Shown in pieces: positions 35,550-49,821 of a stretch of 64,000 nucleotides of DNA (position 1 is the first letter of the stretch; every line of letters begins with the position of its first letter). The position numbers were made by a program, and so were the translations under genes. Under the pieces are notes generated by a model. The model worked only from the letters and a program-made list of their open reading frames with translations. It ran no database searches and was not told the DNA's origin. The stretch comes from Octopus vulgaris. Lineage: Eukaryota. The stretch is from the NCBI GenBank assembly GCA_951406725.2, contig OX597816.1, positions 76,880,001 to 76,944,000 of the forward strand, in the 5' to 3' direction.

Positions 35550-37050
35550 TCTCTGTACTAATATAACCTCGCTGATGATGTGGTAGGTCGCTTTAACTCC
35601 AACACAGAGCTCCCTGCAGTGTTGTTTGTTATATAATCTTCAACCTGTGCAGTAAAAGAAAAGGAACTCTGAAGCAGCCATACATTTCATTCAAACTCTG
35701 TGACCACTTTGGTATGAACATTAACGTTCAAGTAGTAACATTTCAACATCACGTTTGTATTGTTCAAACGGTTGTCAATTTGAATACGGTAATATAAATA
35801 TATACTTCACCTAAAAACTGAAGATAAAATCATCTACAGTGAACTGACGAGGGATCCATTGGCACTGTAGCCAGCGATTAAATTCTCAGTATACACTTCT
35901 TCCTCAGCACATGGTGCATTGTGAAGCAATGAAACAAATAGCTAGCGTAGAACATTGGTGATATTCTCTATAAAAAACCTTCTAAAACGTATCCAGCATA
36001 ATCAATTCGTAGTTGATACAGTGAAGACTTATAAACGCTTTAATGAATCTATATTTGATTTTAGTGAGACTAAGACATATGAACTTGTGGCTTGAATGTT
36101 CTACTCATAATTATCGTGTCGTGAGTTCAAGTCTCGGGTTTGGCAAGGCACACCAATTTATGTTGTTATATTTCACTTAGTTATAATGAGAACCCATGGG
36201 GTGCTGGCGTGACCCACTTTTACTCTAGCTGCCACATTCAATATATCCCACTGAATAAAGTATGATGGCACTGTGATGGCTGATCTCATCTTACGACTAC
36301 ATAGACTCCTAAAACCAATTAGTTAAACCAAGTTACATGTTATCAAGCCACAGTCGCACACCAATGAGTGTTGGTTGTTGTCGAGAGTCGTTTACAAATC
36401 TGATGCATACTTACATGTACACCTAGAGTACACACAAAGCAATCTATCATTATATTTAAGAGTCATCTGAGGTTAAAACAGGCAAGTATAGACTGTTTCT
36501 AATATTGGCCGGCCATATATTAGATGTAAAAAGTCATTGAAAACTAACTGGGATAATTATCAGTACTACATTGTAATAAAACTTGATAACAGGTTCATAT
36601 TTGAGTCTGTACAGACTGGTACACGAGTTTTTATTGCTAAATATGTACATAATGCTGAACGTATTTAGATTAAAATACATAAAGCTTTTGAAAGTTCAGT
36701 GTAGAACTCAATTACAATGAAATTACAATGAAAAAGGCTACAAAAAGCATAGATGTTTAGCACAAAAAAAAATTTAATATGTTTACCGGGGAATTAGACA
36801 GGCAAAAGTGTAAGGCGGTCTATATCATCACCTATCACTACTTGAAATGGCTTCGGGTTATCATAACAAAGATGGACAAAGATGTTAGAAGAGATAAGGA
36901 GGACGGAAAATAAAGTTAGCACATATAAACTTGACAGATATACCACTTAGATTAAACTAATAGATGTAACAATTTCTCACACTTGGAAACATGAATGATT
37001 TCGCCGTATATATGATACAAATAACTAGTGATTATCATGTAAACCGACAA
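35550..37050 (+). pseudogene. Very decayed RTE-like RT remnants
   Basis: ADD-like motif then CDHFGMNIN (~35690-35725); HNAE/KAFE-like region at ~36650. Confidence 0.3.
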
Positions 37051-37842
37051 GACAGAAATATATTTTAAACTATAGCAACAGATAATAGAGATCATACGCG
37101 CATAGATCACACCTTTCTAGTAACTACCTCAGAAGTTTAACTATGTACTACTTTTCTATGAGGTAGTTTAGCATGAACCGACTGTAATACATAGTTGTAT
37201 AAAGAAGCTGGTGTTAACGAATGAAGAAAATAAACGATTTATCTAACTGGTAAGCAATTTCTTTCTCCCTTTTTTCTTCTGCCATTCGTTCATTCCTTCC
37301 TTCTTTCTTTCCTTTTTCCTTCCGTCATTCATTCATTCGTTTCTTTCTCCCTTCCTTCAACCTCCGTTGGGTGTTCCCATTCTTCCGCCTTTCTTTCCTT
37401 TATTCGTTGCTTTCCTTTTCATTCGTTTTTTCTTTACTTCCTACATTCCACAAGATTTATAGACATGCATGCGCTTATATTTATGCACATACATACTACC
37501 TAGTTACAGCTCACTATACCCACCATTAATATACGATCATTCATACCTACGTACATAAAGCATACAATCAGACAGATCACACCAACGAAGTAGACTCTAC
37601 ATGGTCGCTTGACCTGCTAGACAGAGCAGCAAATCTCTTGCGAATCTCAGCACACCGTTTAAAAATTGGAAAGAATATTGGAAAATGTAGTTCTAGCAAT
37701 CTCTAAAAACACCCGTGTGTCACAGCTGAAACGTCTTCAATACTAAGTCTGCCAGATCAGGAATGACTTGCGCTAAACATCAATAATAGTACACTTCACT
37801 TGCACGTATACATATATATATATAAAATATATATATACATAC

Positions 37843-37928
<86 letters not shown>

Positions 37929-37999
37929 ACATACATATATACACATTCCCAAATATACGCATACATATATACGCATACACAAAGTGGGAATGGATGCTT

Positions 38000-38400
38000 C
38001 AAGGCCCTATATTAAGTATGTCACGTTCAATACATTTTCAATGCCTAACTGGGTTACATTTGGATTTTTTGATTAAACACAGGAACTTAATGAAATGGAA
38101 GAACTCTGAAGTGGATCAACTTTACAGCAAATTTCAACAGCAATGGGGGATTACACGTATTATATTTCCAACACAAGAAGAGCTGCCATGGCCCCAAACT
38201 GCATTAACGTCATAGAAAAGCTTGAGTTAAAACACTTCAGCAACCTCTCCACTCGAGGAAAGAAGCCCAGCAATGTTTTTGACTACTCTTACGAGTATTA
38301 AAATAAATATTTTATTAAGAAAGCGAATTAATTTGGGTCGCATATAAACTAAAATTTCACACGGAGCTCTTTTCAAGGAACTTTGGAAAATGCTAATTAA
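38000..38400 (+). pseudogene. Decayed hAT (Charlie/SCAND3-like) transposase C-terminus
   Basis: Faint ELxE, PTS..ER..S and KRN-like motifs; interrupted. Confidence 0.3.
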
Positions 38401-38663
38401 TATTACAGTAATATCAATACAAGCTCACCGAGAAGGAGACTGTTGATAAAATGAACCCTATAAAAGCCTTGCAATAGTGCACTAACAATTTTATAACGTT
38501 GTACATTGACGATTACTGTCATGTAACGTTGGGGCAAAAATCTCCAGCTTACATTTGATCTTTAATACACTCACAAACACGAATTCATACATACATACAT
38601 ACGCACACACATACGCACACACACACGCACACACGATCATACAGACATACATGAACACGCACG

Positions 38664-38702
<39 letters not shown>

Positions 38703-38723
38703 ATATACATTACAATGGTATTA

Positions 38724-39270
38724 GTGCCAAGCAGTGTTTAGGCATAAGCGAACTTGAGATCGTTTAAAACATGTTTGTGACATATTTTGACTTCTAAAGG
38801 TAAATTTACTGAAGAAAAATTTACTATGAAGAAAAATTCTCTCTTAGTGTAAAAAGGTGAAAAAACATCATATCTACCCAGTGCTGCCTTCCTTCGGATT
38901 CCCAGAAGTGTTTCTAGCCCTTTAGCCGTTATCAATGGGAAATACCAAAAATAGGCAACGCTGGACAAACTTAATTCAAGCCGTTGCTTAAACTAAAACA
39001 CAGTAAAAAAAAAGGGACTCAGTTACACCATTAAAACCTCAGGTCGAAGTAAATATACAGCAGTGTCAGCGCCAAGTAGTGTTTATGTATAAACGAACTT
39101 TAGGCTAGTTAAAAATATGTTTCTGCCATATTTCAACTTCTAAAGCAAATTCATTGCAGTTACTGTTGAGAAAAAAGTTCCCTCTTATGTTAAAAAGTGT
39201 AAAAACACCATATCTGTCTAATTCTGACCCCTGTCGGATTCCAAGAAGCGTTCGTATCTCTTTAACCGTT
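38724..39270. repeat. Diverged ~200-bp direct repeat (period ~345 bp)
   Basis: GTGCCAAGCAGTGTTTAGG...CGGATTCCCAGAAG...TTTAGCCGTT vs GCGCCAAGTAGTGTTTATG...CGGATTCCAAGAAG...TTTAACCGTT. Confidence 0.7.
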
Positions 39271-39749
39271 CACACACATACACAAACACACACTTAAACA
39301 CACACGTACACACACATATACACACACATACGCACGCGCACACGCACACACGAACACACAAACACTCGCAAAAACATACAAGCGCATACTCACACACGCA
39401 CGCACAGATTTATAAATTCCACATACGCCTACATTTGAAATACCAGGCACGTCGTCAGGGTGGTATCTCCTAGTGACTAGGTGTTTCGGTTCTAAAGTAA
39501 ATTGATATGATATTCAACCGGATCCTTACCTTCAAAAATGAAAAATATGAAGTCGAAATTACTTAAAAATAAATATTAGCGTGAAGTCCGAAAGAGTTGA
39601 GTAAATCAGTATAATGTTGTTCACTCTGGCAATATTTTGTAACAGTAACAATGATGTCCACCTGTCATAAGAGACGTGTCATAAGTGTCATTTCACTTCT
39701 CTTCACATTCAATTACAGATTTCGTTGTTATCGTTGTTGTTGTTGTTGT

Positions 39750-39751
39750 TG

Positions 39752-39784
<33 letters not shown>

Positions 39785-40260
39785 TTCCAACCAGGACTCA
39801 CGTCATTAACCACAAAGAATAATCTCTAATTCGAGCCTACTCTAAGCTACTAAGAATGCGGTGGCAACTTGAAGATCCACCCACCACACGCGATAGACTG
39901 GCGGTTGAACGGGCGCGAGAGCTACATTATTATCCTCATTCCGTAAACGGTAGCTTTTAACGGGTGGAGAGCTGAACCATCCTGGGGTACAGAGGATTCG
40001 CAATCTAAACTAGGGTGTGAAAGCTTACCACACCATAGTGGGTTACACCATGGTTCTTCTGCTTTGCGGCAGAAGTAGGAAGTAAGAGTGAGAGAATATT
40101 GTGGTGAAAGAGTACAGCGAGGTTCACCGTCCCGCGCCGGAGCCTCGTGGAGCTTAGGTGTTTTTGCTCAATTAACACTCACAATGTCCGTTCTGGGAAT
40201 CGAACCCGCTTGCTTACGACCGCGAGTCCGCTGCCCTAACCACTGGGCCATTTCGCATCC
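39750..40260 (-). mobile_element. tRNA-derived SINE family D head joined to a GC-rich 3' module ending in (AAG)n
   Basis: A-box TGGCCCAGTGG and B-box GGTTCGATTCCC on the minus strand; extension to GGTTGG(AAG)n. Confidence 0.65.
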
Positions 40261-41744
40261 ACTATTGTTGTTGTTGTCGTCGTCGTCGTTGTTGTTGTTC
40301 TCCTCCTCCTCTTCCTCGTACTTCTTCTTCTTACCTACGACAGCGCTGATCTTGTAGACGATCGATCGAAAACATTGCAACGGTAAACATCTTGTATTTA
40401 ATTATTTCATACACGGTGCATCTTTAACTACATAATTCAACGTGTCTTCTTTTAATATAGTAGGACAAAATTCAGGGGGAAAAATACTGGCTGCTTTTTC
40501 TAGAAGTCTAAGTGACCATACCGAAACTCGTATTGGCTCCTATAGATACCGATGTCATATTGTAGGTACATTAACGTATTAACCAATTTTTACGTAAACC
40601 AAATGAAAATCACTTCTTAATTTCCCACATCATAAAGTACATGTAACAAAAAGTGTGATTCTTTAAAACTATTACCTTTTATCCCTGAAAAACAATCATA
40701 GATATGGTTTATGCATTAATAAATTCCTTGAAAACATCAAAAGCGAAGTCGCTGTAATCTGAAGAAAATATTTCTAATATGCTCCGTCACTATTTTCTAT
40801 CTAAAAGCTCTTCCCGAAATATTACATACTTCCACTTTTCATGTGACATCGACAAACGGTATTTATTGCTTTTTTCTTAAATTAGTCCTTCTCACCACAG
40901 GCAATAAATAAATAAATAAAAATAAAGAGAGAGAAAAATGCAGGAATTCTTGTGTCTATATTGCACTAAATTAATACTTTTTGACATAGATCTACTCCAG
41001 TCTCAACATATTCTAGAGACTATATCATACTAAATGGACCATATTCAACAGAGACCAACACTAGTCTCTAAAAATGGCAGTGATTATATAGTACTAAAGA
41101 ACCAGATTGTAAAACTGCCAATCTCTAAAATGGTTCATTTTGGCGTTCTCTGTTTCGTTTTAATCTCTCGCTCTTGCAGGGTTTTTTTTTCTTTTCCATC
41201 TTCCAGTCTCTTTCAATTCATCTTTTTTTTTCCTTTCTTTCTAATCTGACTTGCTTTCAGAACTAACTAATAAGAATGTCAACTTATCCGTGCCAACCTT
41301 TAATTCGGCAAGGGAAGAATTATGCTTGATATTAATAATTACAATGCCACTGTCGTTCCTGCCATTTCAAATAACATGCTTTCCCCTACACACATACATG
41401 TGCGAAGACTTAATCACACATGAGCATACACTAACAAACGTACACATGGAAGCGTGCTCGCACATCATGATCACAGACAGAGAGAAAACGCGAGACAACG
41501 CACGAACATGTCTACACAACGTCACACGAAAGCTCGTACATCTAAGTGTACAAACATACACATACATACCAAACCACACGCGCACACAGAAGTACACCCT
41601 TCACACAAAATACCACACATACTTAAACTCTCATGTATACATAAACATGCACACAAACAACACATACGCACCAAAACAAAATATATACAGTTTTACAATG
41701 GAGAATGTAAACTGACATTATGTATGAATGTATGTGTATGTATA

Positions 41745-41776
<32 letters not shown>

Positions 41777-42398
41777 GTGTATACATGTACATGCAGGTGT
41801 ATGTATGTGTGCATATGTGTGTATGTATATATATATATATATATGTTTATGTGTGTTTTTATGTACGTACATGTGTATATTTGTGTGTTTGTGTGTGTGT
41901 ATACGTGTATCTGTGTATATATGTATATATACTTTATATGAGTATGCATAAATGAGTATGTATGTAAGCAGGCATAAGCACAGTATGGCCGAATAGTTAA
42001 TTTCACCTCGTAACCAAGGTTCCAGGTCCATTCCCTCTACGCGTCATATTGGCTAAATGTTATTTACCCATATCTTGTAAGAGAAACTGCGTAATTTAAA
42101 GGTACCAACCTCATCACGAACTCTCTCGCGTTGATTCTGTCTGATAACTATATTTAGGATAGGCCTATCTGTGGAATACTCAGCCACCTAAAACCTAATT
42201 CTGATGTAAAGCATTTTATTGTCTCACCTAGTTCCTTGCGTTCTGAGTTCAAATCTCGTCGAGGTTTATCTTGTTTTTACTGACGCTTTCTCAGCATGGC
42301 CACGATTTTGAGGTGAAATACATACAAAAAATAACAGAATCCTCATCCTCGAGAAGGACAGTTAATATATAACTGTCGTCGTAATCGACTGAGTGCCA

Positions 42399-42449
<51 letters not shown>

Positions 42450-42452
<3 letters not shown>

Positions 42453-42507
42453 TTATATTATATAGAGGGTACTATTATTCATAAGTACCCTCTATATAAT
42501 ATAAATA
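42450..42507. repeat. Perfect 24-bp hairpin
   Basis: TATTTATATTATATAGAGGGTACT / AGTACCCTCTATATAATATAAATA with a 10-nt loop. Confidence 0.85.
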
Positions 42508-42674
42508 AATATTTTCAAAGTGGAAAAATTTACAGATTTTTTCTCTTACACGCTAACTACTGATAATTTCTTATAAAGATTTTATCCTTAATTTTAAATT
42601 TATATATATACATATATATAATTTACTGTTCCGTGATAGAAGATTCAACAAAAAAGAACTCCATCTGGTGAGAG

Positions 42675-42790
42675 ATAGATATTATTTATTTAAAGGGCAT
42701 AATATATGTATTAATGCGCTACTAATAGTTTCATAAGAAACTATTAGTAGTGTATTGATACGTGTATTGTACCCTTTAAATAATATCTAT
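42675..42790 (+). repeat. ~54-bp G:U-rich hairpin
   Basis: Centre CTACTAATAGTTTC-ATAA-GAAACTATTAGTAG; outer stem held by G:U pairs. Confidence 0.8.
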
Positions 42791-43079
42791 ATATATATAT
42801 ATATATTAAGTAACGAGAAGATGGATTTGGTATTAAACTTTATTCTGACAACATTCGTTTCGACCAGTCCTAGAATTGTCTTTTATAAGTTGGATGCTGT
42901 TCAACATGTTGTGTTGCATCTATTTTGCGGTCTGGGTCTCATCAGGTACATCTATAAAGTTGTGTCTCACAAAAGATCTTTAATATGATAAGACCACGGA
43001 TGACAACAGGTAGCCTAAACTGTTCCAGTGCTCTACTCAACACTTAAACACATTAATCGACTTATGTCTATTAGCCCAA

Positions 43080-43136
<57 letters not shown>

Positions 43137-43202
43137 ATTATCATTATTTTTATTTTTATTATTATTTTTATTATTATTATTATTACTATTATTATTATTA
43201 TG

Positions 43203-43436
43203 GAGTGAGAGAGCGATCCATGGTATCAAAGTGACACTGGGGTAAAATATACGAAGCCCATATACCCATCATGACTACCCGTCTGATGAAGGTACACCAG
43301 GCACTTGCATCATATGTGCGCAACATAGTGAACTCATATCATGATATACTGCGCATGATCCTGCAGGTGGGGCCCAGTTAGAATTTTCTTCGGGTCGTGT
43401 AGCCCATCCCGCTCACAAGGTCCCTGAATAAGAGTT
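43203..43436 (-). mobile_element. Partial copy of the 555-bp (TAA)n-associated element
   Basis: Matches 48368-48605; follows (TTA)n; fused to a SINE A 3' end. Confidence 0.8.
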
Positions 43437-43889
43437 GTATGGACAAAGAATAAGTCCTGAAGTCGATTTGTTTGACTAAAGGCTCTGCTCCAGCATGGCC
43501 GAAGTCAAAAGGCTGAAACAAGTAAAAGAGTAAAAGAGTATATGAAGTTTTTAAAATTTACTGGAGATGATCTTTTCTCTGTCCGAACAGAGAAAACTGT
43601 AGTGTTCTTGGAATAAAGAGTATGTTTACATTTTCGAATACTCAGGGGAATAAAAATGATAGGTATTCACAGAAGGTTTTATATTAAAGGTTTTATAGCT
43701 GATTGTTTATGTGTTCGAAATCTGTAGATACGTAAGTCACTTAACTTATTTTGAGGGAAATACAAAATGCTCACAGGAAACTGTAGATAGTCCAGTCTTT
43801 TAGAGTTATGTTTTTAGTTGTCCTGCTGGGTTGTATTAGTGTTTCTGTGTCTTCAGGTCAGATCAGCGAAGAACACGTCCAGCCGCCTA

Positions 43890-43961
<72 letters not shown>

Positions 43962-43977
43962 CATTATTATTATTATT

Positions 43978-44132
43978 ATACGTTCTCAGTTCAAACCGAA
44001 GTCGACTTTGCCTTTCATCCTTTCGGGGTCGATAATTTAAGTACCAGTGAAATACTGATATCGATGTAATCGACTAGTCCCCACCTCCAACAAATTTCAG
44101 GCCTTATGACTATAGTAGAAAAGATTATTATT
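43978..44132 (+). mobile_element. SINE family B (3' part)
   Basis: GTCGACTTTGCCTTTCATCCTTTCGGGGTCGATAA core; GATTATTATT tail. Confidence 0.75.
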
Positions 44133-44509
44133 GAGTTAGAATTTTCTTCTGGTCGAGTAGCCCATCCTGCTCAAAAGGTCCTGGAATAAGGATTGATTAA
44201 GGATGTTGAACGAACCACCTATATGTCCAAACGTGAATTATCCAAACCTCCAAGAATTCCTTTCAACACACGGATATGATGCTCCCCCACTACTTCTGCT
44301 AGTGGTCAGAGATTCACATACAGTCAGCCACTAAGGGACATGCTCAACTGGTTAAGGTCAAACAACTGACAAGTAAATCTGTGGTATTGAGCAGAAAATT
44401 TGCTGTAGCCTGTCTTTTATACCAAGACAAAAAAATGTACATGGTAACACTTCCAATCTGTTAAGATCAGAAGCCATGAGAGTCACTATCTGGTACTGCA
44501 TCAGGGCAT
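44133..44509 (-). mobile_element. Shortened copy of the 555-bp element with 18-bp TSD
   Basis: Flanked by GTAGAAA(A/G)GATTATTATT at 44115-44132 and 44510-44527. Confidence 0.8.
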
Positions 44510-44518
44510 GTAGAAAGG

Positions 44519-44586
<68 letters not shown>

Positions 44587-46939
44587 CAGCATATGTTTGA
44601 CTTTTGCTTTATATTTGTACAAGTCTCACCCGGAGACTTCAAGAGACAACAGGTTGGAAGTTCACGTTGTCGTTATGCCTAGTGTGCCATATATTTGGTT
44701 GTTTTTTGTGTTGTACTGGTGGATGTCTAAAAAAATATTTGTTTTAAACCTTGAGATTACATAGAAAGTATTTTGCGTAGGATATGAGCAGTTCCCATGA
44801 GCACTATCTTTTGAATTTCTGCCATTTTGGGGTTTCCTGGTATCTGAGTTAGGTAGCTATCAGCCCCTTTTGCTATCATTCCCAGGGCACCTATGACAAC
44901 AGGTATTGTTTTAGCCTTCAGGTTCCACATTTTGCTGATTTCTATTTCAAGATCTTTATATTTGCTCAGTTTTGGTAGGTCTTGACAGATACGTTTATAT
45001 CGATTGGGACAGTCATATCAATGAGGAGGCATGTTCTTTGTTTGAAGTCTTTCAATATGATGTCTGGCCTATTTGCATCTATCTTTCTGTCAATTTGAAT
45101 GGTGAAGTTCCAGAGGAGTGAGATGTGGTCATTTTCAAGCACTGGAGGTGGTTTGTGTTCCCACCAGTTTTTATCATGGGGCAAATCCAGGTTTTTGCAG
45201 ATTACCCAGTGAATATATTGTGCAGCTCTATCGTGTCTGTTGAGATACTCTGTAGGCGCTAGAAGACTGCACTTGGAGACCATATGATCAATGGTTTCAT
45301 TTTGTCGCTGGCATACACGACACGTTGGACTGCTGCTGATCTTTAATATGTTGGCCTGGTAGTTTCTTGTTGGTAGGCATTGATCTTGAGCTGCTATGAT
45401 AAACCCCTCTGTTTCAGATTTTAAGCCAGAGGCCATTAGCCATTGATGGGTCAGGGCTTTGTCAACATCTGCATTATTCGCTCTCTTTGGGTATTTGCCA
45501 TAGAGAGGTTTTTCTTGCCATTTATCATTCAGAATATCTAAGGCCGCAGATTTAGCACGGGTTTTCATGCGCTTAGCTTTTTCTGTGCCTGTTTCTTGTA
45601 TGTCTATCTCTAATTCCGAAATCTGTTGTATTCGGAATTCACTTAGATATTCCTTTGCCTGTTTTGTGACTGAGTATGATACTTTCTTGTTTTCATGTTT
45701 TGAGACAAGTTTTAACATCCAGTCCTTAGAGTTTTTCAGGTAGGTGTCTAGGCCAATTGTAGCAATCTTCATTGTTATTGCCAGTTGTAAAAGTCCACGG
45801 CCTCCCTCTTTTCTTGGCAGATACAGTCGTTCTGTATCTGCCTTAGGGTGGTGCATTCTATGCATTGTCAACAGTTTTCGTATTTTTCTGTCAAGATTAC
45901 ATATTTCAGTAATTGACCAGTTAACGATATTGAAACTGTAAGTCACGACTGGTATGGCTAATGCATTGATCGCTTCGATCCTGTTTCTCGCATTCAGCTG
46001 TCTTGAGTATTGCTCTTACTCTGCGATAACATTCTCTCCTGATCCTTTCCTTCATCTCTGAATGCCTTATTCCGTCTCCTTCAATTACCCCTAGATACTT
46101 GTAGTTCTCCGCTGGGTCTAATTCTTTTATGACATTCTGCTGGTCAAGGTTAACGTTAGATGTTTCTGTCATTTTTCCTTTGATAAAGGTAACTTTTGCA
46201 CACTTATCGAGGCCAAATTGCATTCTGATGTCATCACTGAATTGTTTGACAATCGCTAGTAAGCCCTTGAGTTGTTGGTCATTTTTTGCAAAGAGCTTTA
46301 AATCATCCATGTAAATGAGATGATTTATATTTTTATCAAACATTTTATATCCGTACTGCGCGTCATTGAGCAGTTTTGAGAGAGGTATTAAGGCTAAACA
46401 GAAGAGGAGTGGTGATAGTGAGTCACCCTGGAAAATGCCACATGAAATGTTTACATCACCAGCATTTAGAGATCCATTGTCACTGTTCAAAGTTAGTGTG
46501 GTTCTCCATGATCTCATACTTACAGACAGAAAGTTTCGCAGAGTAGGTGCTACCTTATACATTTCTAGGCATTTCTTAATCCAGCTATGTGGTAGGCTAT
46601 CAAAAGCCTTTTTATAGTCTATCCAGGCTATTGATAAGTTTTTGTGTCGTTTGTGACAATCTTCTAAGATCATCTTATTGATGAGTAGTTGATCTTTACA
46701 ACCGTAGGATCCACGTTTACATCCTTTCTGTTCATTAGGGAATATGCTGCTGTCTGTCAAAAAACTATAGGTATATTTCGTCAGGACAGATGTTGGTGTT
46801 TTATACATAGTTGTTAAGCAGGTTATGGGTCTATAGCTTTTTGGTTCATTTGTTTCTTCATTTTTTGGAAGCAGAAATGTTAACTCATTAACTAGCCAAG
46901 GAGGTATCCTACTAGGGTGTTGCAAAACATCATTGTAAA

Positions 46940-46940
<1 letters not shown>
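44587..46940 (-). mobile_element. 5'-truncated R4/Dong-clade non-LTR retrotransposon (RT + CCHC + REL endonuclease) in (TAA)n
   Basis: ORFs 45921-46925 and 44966-45946: YRPITCL, DYKKAFDS, GIFQGDSLSP, YMDDLKL, HPKAD..GGRGL, CRVC..ETIDH..C, RHD, RPDII, IDMTVP; two frameshifts; (TTA)n on both sides. Confidence 0.92.
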
Positions 46941-47028
<88 letters not shown>

Positions 47029-47050
47029 TATTATGATGATTATTATTATG

Positions 47051-47092
<42 letters not shown>

Positions 47093-47094
47093 GT

Positions 47095-47945
47095 TATATG
47101 TTTGACTTTTACTTTGTATTTGTAAAAGTTAACAAGTTAGAAGTTCAAGCTCGTGTTATGCCTTGGGTATCATATATTTGGTTTTGCACATAGTATTGTT
47201 CTAGAAAATGTTTAAGAAACCATAAGAAAATTATGTTTGTTTTAAAAAAAAACTTAAGATTACACAGAAAGTATTTTGCGTAGTATATGAGCAGTTCCTA
47301 TTAGCACTATCTTTTGAATGTCTGTCATTTAGGGGTTTCCTGGTATCTGAGCTAGGTAGCAATCAGCCCCTTTTGCTATCATTCCTAGGGCACCTATGAC
47401 AACAGGTATTGTTTTAGTCTTTCAGGTTCCACATGTTTGCCCATTTCTATTTCAACATCTTTATTCTTGCTCAGTTTTTGATAGGTCTTGACAAATACAT
47501 TTATATTGAATGGGACAGTCATATCAATGAGGAGGCATAATTTTTGTCTGAAATCTTTAAATATAATGTCTGGCCTATTCCCATCTATCTTTCTGCCAGT
47601 TTGAACGATGAAGTTCCAGACGAGTGAGATGTGATCATTTTCAAGTACTGGAGGTGGTTGGTGTTCCCACCAGTTTTTATCATGGGGCAAGTCCAGGTTT
47701 TTTCAAATTACCCAATGAATATACTATGCAGCTCTATTATGCCTGTTGAGATACTCTAGGCGAAAGAAGACTGCACATGGAGACAGCATGATCAATGGTT
47801 TCATTTTGTTGTTTACATACACGACATGTTGGGTTAACGCCTTTCTTTAATATGTTGACCTGGTAACTCCTTGTAGGTAAGCATTGATCTTGGGCTGCCA
47901 TGATCTCATACTTTCAGACAAGGGTAGTTTCGCAGAGTAGGTGTT
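47095..47945 (-). mobile_element. Second R4/Dong copy (3' part, internally deleted)
   Basis: Paralogous to 44587-45400; 47899-47945 jumps to sequence matching 46508-46552. Confidence 0.85.
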
Positions 47946-47977
47946 AGTTTTTTATATATATATATATTATTATTATT

Positions 47978-48200
47978 CAGTAGTATTATTTCAGTAGCGT
48001 GCTTTCACTTCACTTTCGAGCGCAGCTCTGTGGGCCTCGGTTATGTGCTGTGCTTTTATGTGATGCGCTTATGGTTACTGTATTGAAAGTGTTTTGCGTA
48101 GGATGCGTGCAGTGCCCAGTAGTGCAATTTTACGTATGTTATATATATTTGTAAGTCCTGGTGTTTTTGTTATGTATTTGTCTGAATATTATGTATCATA
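47978..48200 (-). mobile_element. 3' end of a third R4/Dong family
   Basis: Minus frame KTPGLTNIYNIRKIALLGTARILRKTL*, short UTR, TAA tail. Confidence 0.7.
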
Positions 48201-48202
48201 CC

Positions 48203-48254
<52 letters not shown>

Positions 48255-48323
48255 CTACTTCATTATTATTATCAATCTACTTCATTTTGGGTATTATTAT
48301 TATTATTATTGCTGTTGTTGTTG

Positions 48324-48358
<35 letters not shown>

Positions 48359-48367
48359 GTCATTATT

Positions 48368-49020
<653 letters not shown>

Positions 49021-49089
49021 ATCATTTTTATTATTATCATCATCATCATCATCATCATCATCATTATCATTATTATTATTATTATTATT

Positions 49090-49644
49090 GAGTGAGCGAG
49101 CAGAGCATGCCATCAAAGTGACACTGGGGTAAAATATACGAAGCCCAGTATACCCATCATGACTACCCGTCTGATAAGGGTACACCAGGCACATGCATCA
49201 CAACCATATGTGTGCGACATGGTGATCTCACATCAAGACAAACAGCACATGACCTTGCAGGTGGAGCCCAGTTAGAATTTTCTTCAGATCGAGTAACCCA
49301 TCCCGCTCAAAAGGTCCCTGAATAAGGCTTGTTTAAGGATGTTGAACGAAACACCCATGTTTCCAGAGGTGAATTATTCAAACCCCAAAGAATCCTTCTC
49401 AACACATGGCTATGATGCTCCCCCACTACTTCTGCTCGTGATCAGAGATGCACATATCGTCAGCCACTAAGGGACATGCTCAACTGGTTAAGGTCAAACA
49501 ACTGACAAGCAAATCTGTGGTATTGAGCAGAATATTTGCTGTAGCCCATCTTTTATACCAAGACAAAACAATGTACATGATAACACTTCCAATCAGTTAA
49601 GATCAGAAGCCATGAGAGCCACTGCCTGGTACTGCATCAGAGCA
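49090..49644 (-). mobile_element. ~555-bp non-coding (TAA)n-associated interspersed element, full copy
   Basis: GAGTGAG...GCATCAGAGCA; roughly 93-95% identical by eye to 48368-48920. Confidence 0.85.
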
Positions 49645-49656
49645 TTTATTATTATA

Positions 49657-49701
<45 letters not shown>

Positions 49702-49713
49702 ATCATTTTTATT

Positions 49714-49745
<32 letters not shown>

Positions 49746-49776
49746 TATCATTATTATTATTATTATAATAATAATA

Positions 49777-49821
<45 letters not shown>

